From the sequence record SRR22947725_317: 40,350 nucleotides of DNA, one strand, 5' to 3'. Each line of letters begins with the position of its first letter. Position 1 is the stretch's first letter. A model generated the notes under the pieces. That model had not been told where the DNA came from. It ran no database searches and saw nothing but the letters and a program-made list of their open reading frames with translations. This document shows, in pieces, positions 1 through 9,242 of the stretch. Position numbers and translations under genes: made by a program.

Positions 1-697
1 CAGTCGTAAGAAAGTTGATCCACCAAGCGGGCCGCGGAATCGCGTTGATAATCGTCTTAGGAGTCAGGGTCGGTGGAATAGTCATTCCGTTTCGCTTGTC
101 ACGGAGCCGGTCACCCGGAACCGGGACATCTACCGTGAGGACTAACGTCTCGAAGCCCGCTGCTTTCGCTCTTTCAATCAGGCCCATTGAGCGCTCACGG
201 TCTTTCCACATGTAGAGCTGGAACCAATTGTGTCCCTCTGGCGCGGCTTGAGCCACTTCCTCGATGGAGCGAGTGCCCATGGTGGAAAGACAAAACGGAA
301 TCCCAGCAGCCATCGCCGCCTGGGCTCCGGCTATTTCGCCTTCGGTATGCATCATTCGAGTAAAGCCGGTTGGGGCGATGCCAAAAGGCAACTTCATCCT
401 GGTTCCCAGAATCTCAGAACTGAGGTCCACTTGTGAAACATCGCGCAGAATTCTGGGCCGCCAAACTATTTGGTTAAACACCTCCCGAGTCCGGTTGATT
501 GTTAGCTCGGCATCGGCGCCACCCTCGGTGTAGTCAAAAGGGGCCTGCGGAGTCCTCCGCTTCGCAATCCGGCGAAGGTCCTCAATGGTGAATGAGTTAT
601 CTAATCTTCGTTTAGTAGGCCTGAATTCGAAGCGCTTGAATTTCATTAGTGGGGCAAGATCTATTGGGTTAGGAAACTTGCGCTTTATTCTCGCCAT
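1..697 (-). CDS. lldD: FMN-dependent alpha-hydroxy-acid (L-lactate) dehydrogenase, runs off the left edge
   Basis: Not in the ORF track because it has no stop in the window. Manual translation from ATG 697: MARIKRKFPNP...[18 protein letters not shown]...[16 protein letters not shown]...[14 protein letters not shown]...LTVDVPVPGDRLRD. Close paralogue of 21515-22759; SD GAGGTGG upstream. Confidence 0.9.
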   Translation of the reverse strand, partial: MARIKRKFPNPIDLAPLMKFKRFEFRPTKRRLDNSFTIEDLRRIAKRRTPQAPFDYTEGGADAELTINRTREVFNQIVWRPRILRDVSQVDLSSEILGTRMKLPFGIAPTGFTRMMHTEGEIAGAQAAMAAGIPFCLSTMGTRSIEEVAQAAPEGHNWFQLYMWKDRERSMGLIERAKAAGFETLVLTVDVPVPGDRLRDKRNGMTIPPTLTPKTIINAIPRPAWWINFLTT

Positions 698-758
698 CTG
701 ATCCACCTCTTCTGTTTCAAAGTTCACATCGACTTGGTTCTCATGCTATGTTGGAGCC

Positions 759-770
759 ATCCTATAGGAT
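759..770. promoter_or_regulatory. Perfect palindrome ATCCTATAGGAT, putative fucose-regulon operator
   Basis: Lies between divergent lldD and enolase starts; one-mismatch copies at 9192-9203 and 15009-15020. Confidence 0.7.
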
Positions 771-783
771 TTTGGAGCGGAAG

Positions 784-1905
784 ATGCCTTCTCAAAGCGC
801 AGTCAATAATATTGAGATTAGGGCCTGCAGAGGTCCGGATACTTCTGATTTGGGAACGGTCTCGGTGGATTTGCCCGGCGGGACGAGACCAGATTTCACA
901 GTGGTAACACTGACCACTGAAGATGGAACCACCGGAACTAGCTTTGGGTTCGGAGCGCTCGACGCGAAGGCTGCCGCGGCGGCGCAGAGCCAAGTAAAGC
1001 CATTTTTTATTGGCAGGGATGTCTTTGACGCCAACAAAAATATGAAGGACTTTGAAATGTTCGATCGGCGGTGGAATCACGTTCCGGTCTACGCCTACGG
1101 CCCCTTCGATAATGCTTGTTGGGATGCGGTAGGAAAAATCTCAAACCAACCGGTCTATAAGCTTCTGGGTGCCGCCAAGTCCGAGCTCCCCCTGTACGTA
1201 AGCTCGATGTTTTTGCCTGGGCCGCAGGATTATGCAAGGCAGGCGCTGGAGGTTAAGGCCAAAGGTTACCGAGGCTATAAATTGCACCCTCCCAACAAGG
1301 GTGTAGACCTAGACATCGAATGTTATCGAGCGGTTCGAGAGGCGGTCGGTCCCGACTTCACCCTGATGGCCGATCCCGTGATTATGTCCAGCTACGAAGA
1401 AGCTCTTCGGGCTGGGCGTGAGCTCGAGCGACTCGGTTACCGATGGTTTGAAGAGCCGCTACTTGACGTGAATTTCAATGGACTGAAAAAACTCGGAGAG
1501 AAATTGGACATACCAATTTGTGGCACTGAGGTTCTTGCTGGATCACACTATTCAACCGCCTGGTGCATTAAAGAGGGCATTGTCGACATTGTCAGGACAG
1601 ATGTCAGTTGGCGCGGCGGGCTGACCGCGGTGATGAAGACGGCTCACCTAGCCGAGGCGTTTGGAGTTCAATGTGAGCTCCACACCGCCATCTATCACGG
1701 ACTTGAGCTAGTTCAACTTCACGCGGCCCTGGCGATCTCTAACTGTGAATTCTTCGAAACGCTCTACCCATGGGATGACTTCGAGTTTGGAACTAAAACC
1801 AAACTCAACGTCATCGATGGGATGGTTCAAGCTCCGCAAGGAGTGGGACTAGGAATTGAGTACGACTGGGACTTCATTGAAGACCACACGATAGCCGTGC
1901 TTTAG
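784..1905 (+). CDS. Mandelate racemase/enolase-superfamily protein, probable acid-sugar dehydratase
   Basis: D-x-x-x-W-D-x-x-G-K capping motif, GYKLHP (KxH), metal ligands in ADP / FEEP / GTE, C-terminal ELH. Start moved to ATG 784 because of the GGAG SD. Confidence 0.85.
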   Translation: MPSQSAVNNIEIRACRGPDTSDLGTVSVDLPGGTRPDFTVVTLTTEDGTTGTSFGFGALDAKAAAAAQSQVKPFFIGRDVFDANKNMKDFEMFDRRWNHVPVYAYGPFDNACWDAVGKISNQPVYKLLGAAKSELPLYVSSMFLPGPQDYARQALEVKAKGYRGYKLHPPNKGVDLDIECYRAVREAVGPDFTLMADPVIMSSYEEALRAGRELERLGYRWFEEPLLDVNFNGLKKLGEKLDIPICGTEVLAGSHYSTAWCIKEGIVDIVRTDVSWRGGLTAVMKTAHLAEAFGVQCELHTAIYHGLELVQLHAALAISNCEFFETLYPWDDFEFGTKTKLNVIDGMVQAPQGVGLGIEYDWDFIEDHTIAVL

Positions 1906-1973
1906 CAAGCAATTGATGCACCAGGGCTTGCCGAAGTTGAAATCTTTACTGGCCACCCGGGTTACTTACAAGC

Positions 1974-2933
1974 CTAGCTAACGATAGGGCGGATCTCCCC
2001 AACCATCTTGCCGCCTCCGAAAATTGGCGCGTTGAGCTCTTGATGCTGGGCCAGCGTTCCCGCTGGAAGGGCCCCGATCCTCTCTAGAGCGCCAATCGCA
2101 ATAACTGTGGTAGCTCTCAGGCTGCCGTCAATGACCTTAATTCCGACGCTTGCACCCTCGGCCGTAGCCATGCCGAACACTCCCTCGGCACCACCCTTTG
2201 CAATACTCCCCACAAAGGACTCCATCACCAAAGTATTCAATTGCCCAACACCTTGAACCAAAACAGGATGGGCTCGCATGGCATCTGCAATACGCCCTTC
2301 GTTGGTTCCGCTCTGGGCTTGAGCCAGAACTCGGAATGACCTGGCGATGCCGACCAAGGTCGTCCCAAAAAGAGCGGCCCCGCAGCCATCTACCGCAACT
2401 AACGATTCCGTGTCCCCAGAAATAACTGCAATGGTTGATCGAATTTGCAGCTGGAGTGGGTGCTCCGGCGACAGATAGCTATCTAGAGGCCAGCCACGAG
2501 CCTTAGAAGCTGCAAGCATTGCCGCATGCTTTCCCGAGCAGTTCATAAATATTGGTTGCCTTTGCACTCCGGCACGAATCAGGCGCTCCCTCGAACCAGA
2601 ATCCTCGGGATAGTCAGCTGGACAGGCAAGGTTTGACTCTTCTATTTCATAACGATGGAGAATAGAGCGGACGACTTCGACGTGCTGCTCACTCCCCACA
2701 TGACTTCCGATAGAAACTGCCAGCTGCTGCTCACTCAGATCTAGCCCGGTATGAAGAACCCCTAGAGCTTGGAGCGGCTTATAGGTTGATCTTGGCAGCA
2801 CCAAATCTGCAGGGGAACCCAAACTCAGGGCAGTCGAACCATCCGGAGCTAAAGCGAATAGCGAGCCAAAATGCCGGCTCTCCACAAATCCAGATCGCTC
2901 GACAACAGCAAGCTCCGCGTAATTGTTAGACAC
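1974..2933 (-). CDS. L-asparaginase II family (class 3, Rhizobium etli-type) amidohydrolase
   Basis: RSTYKP (SxxK), GSH, NCSGKH, DGCG and AKGGAEG motifs; GTG start overlaps the upstream fucosidase stop by 8 nt. Confidence 0.88.
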   Translation of the reverse strand: MSNNYAELAVVERSGFVESRHFGSLFALAPDGSTALSLGSPADLVLPRSTYKPLQALGVLHTGLDLSEQQLAVSIGSHVGSEQHVEVVRSILHRYEIEESNLACPADYPEDSGSRERLIRAGVQRQPIFMNCSGKHAAMLAASKARGWPLDSYLSPEHPLQLQIRSTIAVISGDTESLVAVDGCGAALFGTTLVGIARSFRVLAQAQSGTNEGRIADAMRAHPVLVQGVGQLNTLVMESFVGSIAKGGAEGVFGMATAEGASVGIKVIDGSLRATTVIAIGALERIGALPAGTLAQHQELNAPIFGGGKMVGEIRPIVS

Positions 2934-4290
2934 GCATGAACTCTATGACGTTTGGACCTGGCACTTTTGCCGCTCCCAGCGTCATAAAGACTGACTCACC
3001 ATTTCGACGAAGTGCAACCGAAGAACCATCTGCCAGCAATTTAGCCTCGTCACGGACTAGGCCTAGCGGCAATGTGATCTCCACCTCACCACTGGCTTGG
3101 ACGTGAGCGAAGATGCGGCCATCTTTGCCCGTGAAACGAACCCAGGAAGCGTCTTCCTTGTCACCCTGCGCCTTTAGCTCAGTTACCTTCGAGGTTCCAT
3201 AAATTGCTTGGGAATTTACTGCCATCCAATCGCCCATTCCTTGCAGCACCTTGCGCTGAATTTCAGGAATAGCTCCGCTGGCTGTAGGACCGACATTCAG
3301 CAGCAGGTTGCCACCGCGAGAAACAATGTCAACAAAGTATGCCAGGGCGCTTTCTACGCTGAGCGAGTGCTCTTCGGTTTCATACTGGTTGTAGCCAAAG
3401 CTCATTCCAATTCCACGACAGTTCTCCCAAACCGATGCATCCTCAGCCTCCTTGAGGGCTTGATATTCACTGGTCCTGAAGTCGTGATGAGTATCGCCCC
3501 AGCGATCATTTACGAGGCCATGGGGCACTTTTTCGTAGTAATACTTGAATAGTTTTGCCAGGGTGAAATCAACACTCGCGTCATTCAACTTTGAAAAGTC
3601 GGGCCACTCTATGTCGTTCCACAAGATGTCGGGCTCGTAGCGATTAATCAGGTCGACCACATGTTCGTAGGCATACATGGAATACGAAGCATCATTCGGC
3701 CGCAAATCGGTCACATCCTCAAATGTTTGAATCGGTGGCTGAGTGCCAAGACCCCAATCCAAACCGCCCGAGTAATAAACGGCAAAGCGAATGTCGCTTC
3801 TCCGAGCAGCGTCTGCAATCGCCTGCATAATGTCTAACTTCGGTCCGCGTTGAACAGTGTTTCGAGTCCCAGTTCCCGGAGCATCCCATAAAGTCACGCC
3901 GTCGTGGTGCTTCGATAGGGGAACAATGTATCGCGCTCCCGCATAGTGAAACAGTTTGCACCAAGCATCGGGGTCGAAATCAGGCGTCTTCCAGTTGTCC
4001 AAAAGCTCATCGTAGGGCCTGTCTCCGAAGTGCTCGCGATGATGGAGTTGTGCTCCAGACCCCTCGATGCGAATGCTATTGAAGTACCACTCGGCATATG
4101 GGTTCGTTCTAAAAAACATACTTTCGTCTACAGTTCCCAATTCCCCCACTGGCTCACCGTAGGCCGGCACCGAAAATGGGCCCCAGGACACAAAAATTCC
4201 CAGCTTGGCGTCGGTGTACCAACTTGGCACCTCGCGGGCAAAGTCGTCCCAAAAGCTAGCGCGAGGTAGTCCCTTTTTTAGAAGTGCCAT
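2926..4290 (-). CDS. GH29 alpha-L-fucosidase-like protein (FIHWG reads FVSWG)
   Basis: NPYAEWY, KHHDG, WND nucleophile, NDRW, SEY, LLLNVGP; no signal peptide. Confidence 0.9.
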   Translation of the reverse strand: MALLKKGLPRASFWDDFAREVPSWYTDAKLGIFVSWGPFSVPAYGEPVGELGTVDESMFFRTNPYAEWYFNSIRIEGSGAQLHHREHFGDRPYDELLDNWKTPDFDPDAWCKLFHYAGARYIVPLSKHHDGVTLWDAPGTGTRNTVQRGPKLDIMQAIADAARRSDIRFAVYYSGGLDWGLGTQPPIQTFEDVTDLRPNDASYSMYAYEHVVDLINRYEPDILWNDIEWPDFSKLNDASVDFTLAKLFKYYYEKVPHGLVNDRWGDTHHDFRTSEYQALKEAEDASVWENCRGIGMSFGYNQYETEEHSLSVESALAYFVDIVSRGGNLLLNVGPTASGAIPEIQRKVLQGMGDWMAVNSQAIYGTSKVTELKAQGDKEDASWVRFTGKDGRIFAHVQASGEVEITLPLGLVRDEAKLLADGSSVALRRNGESVFMTLGAAKVPGPNVIEFMRV

Positions 4291-4341
4291 GATCTTGCCT
4301 CTCCTCTCGTTGTTTCGTTGTTGTTTTGAAAAAGCTAATTT

Positions 4342-5712
4342 CTAAAAGTGCGTCAAAGTGACGTCTTCTGGGTTGCCGCCAAGATCTAGAACCAAAACTG
4401 GGACTAGCCCGCCCAAACTGCCGTCTGAGGTGTCGATAATTAGCTCGCCCTCAGGGTCTGGCAAATCAGTGTTGTTGATTGGCGCCCGTCTCTTAAATTC
4501 ATAGCTTTGCCCGGTAGCCAGATTCTTTACCGATTTTGCCCTTCGAATCTTCACTCCGCGCACAACCACTGACTCACCCGGGGTTGCTAACTGGTGGAGA
4601 TAGACCAGGTCTCCCCGCCTAGTGCTGGGCCCATAGAACTGCCACGCCTCGAGGCCGGGCTCGACACCAATTACGCTGTCACCGCAAGCTTGCATCCACT
4701 CGCCCAGGGCTCGCATTATTTCTTGCTCCTCCTCGACTAAGGCCCCATCCCCCTTAGGCCCTATGTTCAAAAGGAGGTTTCCACCTCGTGACACCACCTC
4801 AATCAAGGTTCGAAGAATTTCATGGGTGCTTTTGAAACCGTGGTCATCTGGAACATAGCCCCACGAATAATTCATAGTCATGCAGCACTCCCAGGGCTCC
4901 GGCAGTGGCTGAGACGGGATCCATTGCTCTGGGGTCCGATAATCTCCCTGACTGAATAGTCGATCGTTGATCAGAGTTTTTGGGCTCAATTTACGAATGT
5001 GAGCCTCAATGTCTTTCGTATTCCACTGCTCTTCGCTGCGCTCCCAACCCCCATCGAACCAAAGCAAATCGACTGGACCATACTCTGTCAGGATCTCCTC
5101 AAGTTGATCTTTGAGATACTGCCTGTAGCGCGCCCACTGCTCCGGCGTTCCCATAGGAGAGTCGTAGCCAAATTTGTAGGGACGATACTCGTCCTTCCAG
5201 GGAAGGTAGTCTTCGTGACCCCAATCCGAGAGGGAGTAGTAGACCCCAACCTTTATGCCATGTGCGCGAAAAGCGTCGACATAACTGCGAAGGATATCTC
5301 CACCGCGCTTACCGAAAGGTGAGCTCGTTATGTTTCGATTTCCATGCTTGGATGGCCAGCTCGCCCAGCCATTGTGGTGCTTGGCGGTGAAAACCGCGTA
5401 GGTTATGCGAGCCTCCTTTGCAAGCGTGGCAATGTGATCTGGGTCCCACATAACGGGGTCGAAGGTTTCGTGGCTCGAGTGGTACTGCTGGGCGGGAACT
5501 CCCTTGCCCGGTAGGGCAAACACACCGCCAACCAGAGGCCAGCTCAGTTCTAATCCCTGCTGACTCGCATGATCCCAGTGAATAAAGAGGCCCAGCCCAG
5601 CTCCACTGAACCATTCTTTCACTCGCTCTGAATGCCCTGGCTCAAGCGGGTAAGCGTCTTGCATCCTCGAATCAAATAGTTCGCGGTCGGTTATGGCGCT
5701 GTTTTCGGACAT
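4342..5712 (-). CDS. GH29 alpha-L-fucosidase, divergent subfamily
   Basis: GLFIHW, AKHHNG, LWFDG nucleophile, INDR, TPEQ, WECCMTM..SWGY, LLLNIGP. Confidence 0.9.
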   Translation of the reverse strand: MSENSAITDRELFDSRMQDAYPLEPGHSERVKEWFSGAGLGLFIHWDHASQQGLELSWPLVGGVFALPGKGVPAQQYHSSHETFDPVMWDPDHIATLAKEARITYAVFTAKHHNGWASWPSKHGNRNITSSPFGKRGGDILRSYVDAFRAHGIKVGVYYSLSDWGHEDYLPWKDEYRPYKFGYDSPMGTPEQWARYRQYLKDQLEEILTEYGPVDLLWFDGGWERSEEQWNTKDIEAHIRKLSPKTLINDRLFSQGDYRTPEQWIPSQPLPEPWECCMTMNYSWGYVPDDHGFKSTHEILRTLIEVVSRGGNLLLNIGPKGDGALVEEEQEIMRALGEWMQACGDSVIGVEPGLEAWQFYGPSTRRGDLVYLHQLATPGESVVVRGVKIRRAKSVKNLATGQSYEFKRRAPINNTDLPDPEGELIIDTSDGSLGGLVPVLVLDLGGNPEDVTLTHF

Positions 5713-5745
5713 GATGCTCCTGTCTTTAGAACTCTTGAGGGCTCG

Positions 5746-6591
5746 CTACTTGCTAATACCACCGAGAGCAATTCCTTTTGTGACGTATCGGCTGAAGAAG
5801 ATGTAGAGGATGAGCACTGGCAAACTCGCCAGCGTCAGACCGGCGAACATGGGTCCGTAATCGGCAGAGAAATCACCAATGAAAGACAGCAGTCCGACTG
5901 AGATCGGCTGTGATTCTCGCCTATTGAGCAGCACGATAGATATCTGATAATCCGTCCAGGCAAATACCAGGTTCAAAATGCTTACTGCGACGATTTGACC
6001 CTTTGAAAGCGGCAGCACCAACTTGAATAAAGTTCGAACCGGCCCCAGCCCATCCAGAAGTCCTGCCTCAAGAACCTCCCGAGGAAAGTCGATGAAGAAC
6101 CTGTTCATCAGCAGAAACGCGGTTGGGATGTTGAGTGCGCCGTAAACAAATCCGGTGGCCACTGGATTGTTGAGTAAGCCGATGGCATTAAACGCCCTGA
6201 AGTAGGGAATCACTAGCATGATGATCGGGACCACCGTGCCGGCAATAACTATGAGCAGAATTCTTTGGTTCCACGCTCGCGTTAGGAATGAGGTGAAGTA
6301 GGCGCTCGGAACCGAGACGCTTAGGCTGACAAAGAGGGCCGTCGTAGCAATGATGATTGAATTGAGAAAGAACACTCCGATAGTTGCATCACTGGTGGGA
6401 CCTGCATTCCAAGCTGTCACATAGTTGACCCACTGCGGCACAAAATCAAAAAGGCCAAGGGGGTTTGAGAAGATCGCCGTGTTGCTCTTCAATCCAAACA
6501 GCGAAACGAAAATAAAGGGGAAGATCACCAGGACCGTCCAGAAAATTACTGCAACATACGCCACCAAGCGGCCGATTCGGTATTTCAACAT
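5746..6591 (-). CDS. Carbohydrate ABC transporter permease (MalG-like)
   Basis: Multiple TM segments, EAGLLDG (EAA loop); ATG overlaps the upstream TGA. Confidence 0.92.
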   Translation of the reverse strand: MLKYRIGRLVAYVAVIFWTVLVIFPFIFVSLFGLKSNTAIFSNPLGLFDFVPQWVNYVTAWNAGPTSDATIGVFFLNSIIIATTALFVSLSVSVPSAYFTSFLTRAWNQRILLIVIAGTVVPIIMLVIPYFRAFNAIGLLNNPVATGFVYGALNIPTAFLLMNRFFIDFPREVLEAGLLDGLGPVRTLFKLVLPLSKGQIVAVSILNLVFAWTDYQISIVLLNRRESQPISVGLLSFIGDFSADYGPMFAGLTLASLPVLILYIFFSRYVTKGIALGGISK

Positions 6592-7550
6592 CAATCTATC
6601 TGCCTTGATCTACTGAGACGAATGCCTAGCCATCCGATAACCACCAAGAAGATGCCGGCGATGACCGCTGCGGCAGAGGCTGGGCCGAAGCGGCCATACC
6701 TAAATGCCTCGACGTAGGTGAAGATGGGCAAGATTTCAGATGACCTTCCAGGCCCTCCCTGCGTCATGGCGAACACCAGGTTGAACCCGTTGAAATTCCA
6801 AATCAACTGGAGCGTCAGGATGGTAAACATGACGGGAGCAATGAGTGGGATGATGATTTGGAAAAGCTGCTGGCTCTGGGAGGCACCATCGATTTTTGCC
6901 GCCTCACGATAGCTAACATCGACACCTTCTACCGCCCCCAATAGGACGAGAAAAGCGAATCCGACTCCAACCCAGATTCCCACAAAAATCACGGGGAACA
7001 TCACGGTTGCCGACTGCGCTAACCATTGATTGTCGCTCGGCAACCCCAGCCGACCAAGGATTGCGTTTACGACACCAATTTCCGGCTGGAAGCCTAAGCT
7101 CCAGAAAATTGCTACCGCGGTGGGCGGGGCGACCCCAGGGAAAAACCACACGACTCTGAAAAACTTGCTTCCGCGAAGATTGGAGCTCACTGCAACCGCC
7201 AGCAACAGAGCGATCGCCACTATGAAAAATGAAGCTACAAAGGAGTAGAGGAGGGTGATTCGGATGCTTTCGGCGAGCCTACCCTCGGCAAAGAGTGTGT
7301 CGTAGTTCTCAGTTCCGACCCATACCGGAGTTCCAATTCCCGGCCACTCATTAAAGCTCAGCCAAATGGAGTTCATTGCGGGAAGGGCCAAGAAAGTGAA
7401 GAGAATACCGAAGACCGGAATGAGGCTAAAGATGGCCCACTTCTGATTCGTGGCTGCCAGTCCTATCTTGGACTTCTTGTTACTAACTCCAGAAGAGAGA
7501 GATGCCGCTTTCGAACCAACAGATTTCTTGTTGGTTGTAGTCACGGTCAT
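6591..7550 (-). CDS. Carbohydrate ABC transporter permease (MalF-like)
   Basis: TM segments, EAAKIDGAS motif, MTQGGP. Confidence 0.92.
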   Translation of the reverse strand: MTVTTTNKKSVGSKAASLSSGVSNKKSKIGLAATNQKWAIFSLIPVFGILFTFLALPAMNSIWLSFNEWPGIGTPVWVGTENYDTLFAEGRLAESIRITLLYSFVASFFIVAIALLLAVAVSSNLRGSKFFRVVWFFPGVAPPTAVAIFWSLGFQPEIGVVNAILGRLGLPSDNQWLAQSATVMFPVIFVGIWVGVGFAFLVLLGAVEGVDVSYREAAKIDGASQSQQLFQIIIPLIAPVMFTILTLQLIWNFNGFNLVFAMTQGGPGRSSEILPIFTYVEAFRYGRFGPASAAAVIAGIFLVVIGWLGIRLSRSRQID

Positions 7551-7596
7551 CTCCCTCTTCTTTGAGTTTGCTTTATCTAATCAGAACTCGAACGCA

Positions 7597-9006
7597 CTAG
7601 CCGTTCGCTCGAGTTTTTTCCAGTTCAGACTGCTGAAGCTCGCCAATTTCCTGCGGCGTGATTCGGTCCTCTTGAAGCTGCTGGATTAGCGGGTTCAAGA
7701 AGATCTGACCAAAGGCTCCAGGAACCTCAGATGTCCAGCCCGAGTTTGACCCGTTGACAGATACGTAGTCAACGATGTCCTTCACCAGTTGTGGGAAGCT
7801 CTCGGAGTCGTCAACGGAGACCGTTGTCACAGCTGGTAGGAAGCCACCAACTTCAACGGCTCCCAGACGCTGGCCCTCGTCGCTGATGTAGTACTGCAGC
7901 AACTTCTTGCCCCAGTCTGGGTTCTGAGCCCGAACTGGAACGCCGTAGGCGTTTCCGTAGTAAGGGGTCAAACGTGAAGGAGCTCCGGCATCGGACACCG
8001 GTGGCAGAACCGCAAAGCCGGGATCAAATGTCATTTCTCCACTCTCCTTGGCTGAGGCGAAGGTGCCGCCGGGTAGCCAGGAGCCGCTTAGCAGCATGCA
8101 GGATCCACCTGTGGTGAACAACGCTTCAGCAGCTGGTCCATCCTGACCCAAGTAACCTTTCTGGTACAGACCTTCCGAAGCGTAGCTTCCAAGGGTTTCA
8201 AGAGCAGCAATCACTCCTGGAGCCGAGTAGTCAGCAGTCACGTCAACGTTCGACTTCCAACTGCTGAGGTAGTTGTTGAAGTCATCTGCCGATACTGCAG
8301 TTGGAAGAGCTGCGTCGAACATCCACGAAGCTTGGTAGTTTGTGTTTCCACCAATTGCAAGGCCAGCGTAACCAGCAGCCGAGCACTTCTTGCCCGCTTC
8401 GATAAGAGATGCTGGACTCTCAAACACCTTGTTCTCAGGGATTGTGACGCCGGAAGCTGCGAGGGCGTCAGGGTTTGTCCAGAGAATGTTGTAGTAGGCA
8501 ACTGTGTTAGGAGCTGCGTAGTAGTTTCCATCAGCCTGGAGCAACGCTGCTGCAGGTGGACCTAGACGCTCTGGGAAGTTGTCTTCTGCGAAAATGTCGT
8601 TCAGCGGAACAAGCTCACTGGCGCGAACCATCTGGGTGTAAACATTTGAGTTGAGTGGAATCAGCGCAATGTCTGGCGCTTCGTTTGATGTTAGAACCTG
8701 AAGGTTTGGTCCACCCTTAGCCTCGTTGGTGATTCCCTGCAGGTCAACAGTAACGTTTGGGTACTTTGCAGAAAAAGCATCTGCGACTGCACGCCATGCA
8801 CGAGCATCAGGTCCGTCTTCTGGAACTTCATACTGCACAACGATGGTTACTGGATCTTCAGTAAGCGGAGCTGACGTTTCACCTGAAGATGAGCCATCAG
8901 TTGTAGAACCACCAGTGGTCTCGGCGGCACATCCAGCTAGAACTAGCGCAGCAATCGGAAGAGATGCACCGACCGCCCACCACCTCGAACTTGTTTTAAG
9001 TCGCAT
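7597..9006 (-). CDS. Sugar ABC transporter substrate-binding lipoprotein
   Basis: Lipobox LVLAG-C with Ser/Thr linker; first gene of the permease operon. Start set at ATG 9006 behind AAGGAG. Confidence 0.9.
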   Translation of the reverse strand: MRLKTSSRWWAVGASLPIAALVLAGCAAETTGGSTTDGSSSGETSAPLTEDPVTIVVQYEVPEDGPDARAWRAVADAFSAKYPNVTVDLQGITNEAKGGPNLQVLTSNEAPDIALIPLNSNVYTQMVRASELVPLNDIFAEDNFPERLGPPAAALLQADGNYYAAPNTVAYYNILWTNPDALAASGVTIPENKVFESPASLIEAGKKCSAAGYAGLAIGGNTNYQASWMFDAALPTAVSADDFNNYLSSWKSNVDVTADYSAPGVIAALETLGSYASEGLYQKGYLGQDGPAAEALFTTGGSCMLLSGSWLPGGTFASAKESGEMTFDPGFAVLPPVSDAGAPSRLTPYYGNAYGVPVRAQNPDWGKKLLQYYISDEGQRLGAVEVGGFLPAVTTVSVDDSESFPQLVKDIVDYVSVNGSNSGWTSEVPGAFGQIFLNPLIQQLQEDRITPQEIGELQQSELEKTRANG

Positions 9007-9191
9007 TATATATATCTCCTTACGGATCATCGTGGTCCTCCTCGTGATTTGCGTCCCAAGAAGAGGTCTTCACATCGAAGCATATATCCGATGTGATTTC
9101 TACATTATCATCAACTTTTAGAAAAAAAAGGACGTCCACCAGAACCTATCCGAATTCGTTATCTGCTTGGAAGAATAGGACTAGTCTGTAA

Positions 9192-9203
9192 ACCCTATAG
9201 GAT
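9192..9203. promoter_or_regulatory. ACCCTATAGGAT, putative fucose-regulon operator
   Basis: One mismatch to the 759-770 palindrome; in the divergent SBP/fucosidase intergenic region. Confidence 0.65.
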
Positions 9204-9242
9204 ATCGTCACCAAAAACGCAGGAACTTCAGGAGGAGAAAAA

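Noticed and set aside
9004-9021. AAGGAGATATATATAATG on the minus strand resembles the T7 gene 10 / pET RBS
   Set aside because: It is not identical, no other vector sequence is present, and it is the natural SD of the SBP gene.
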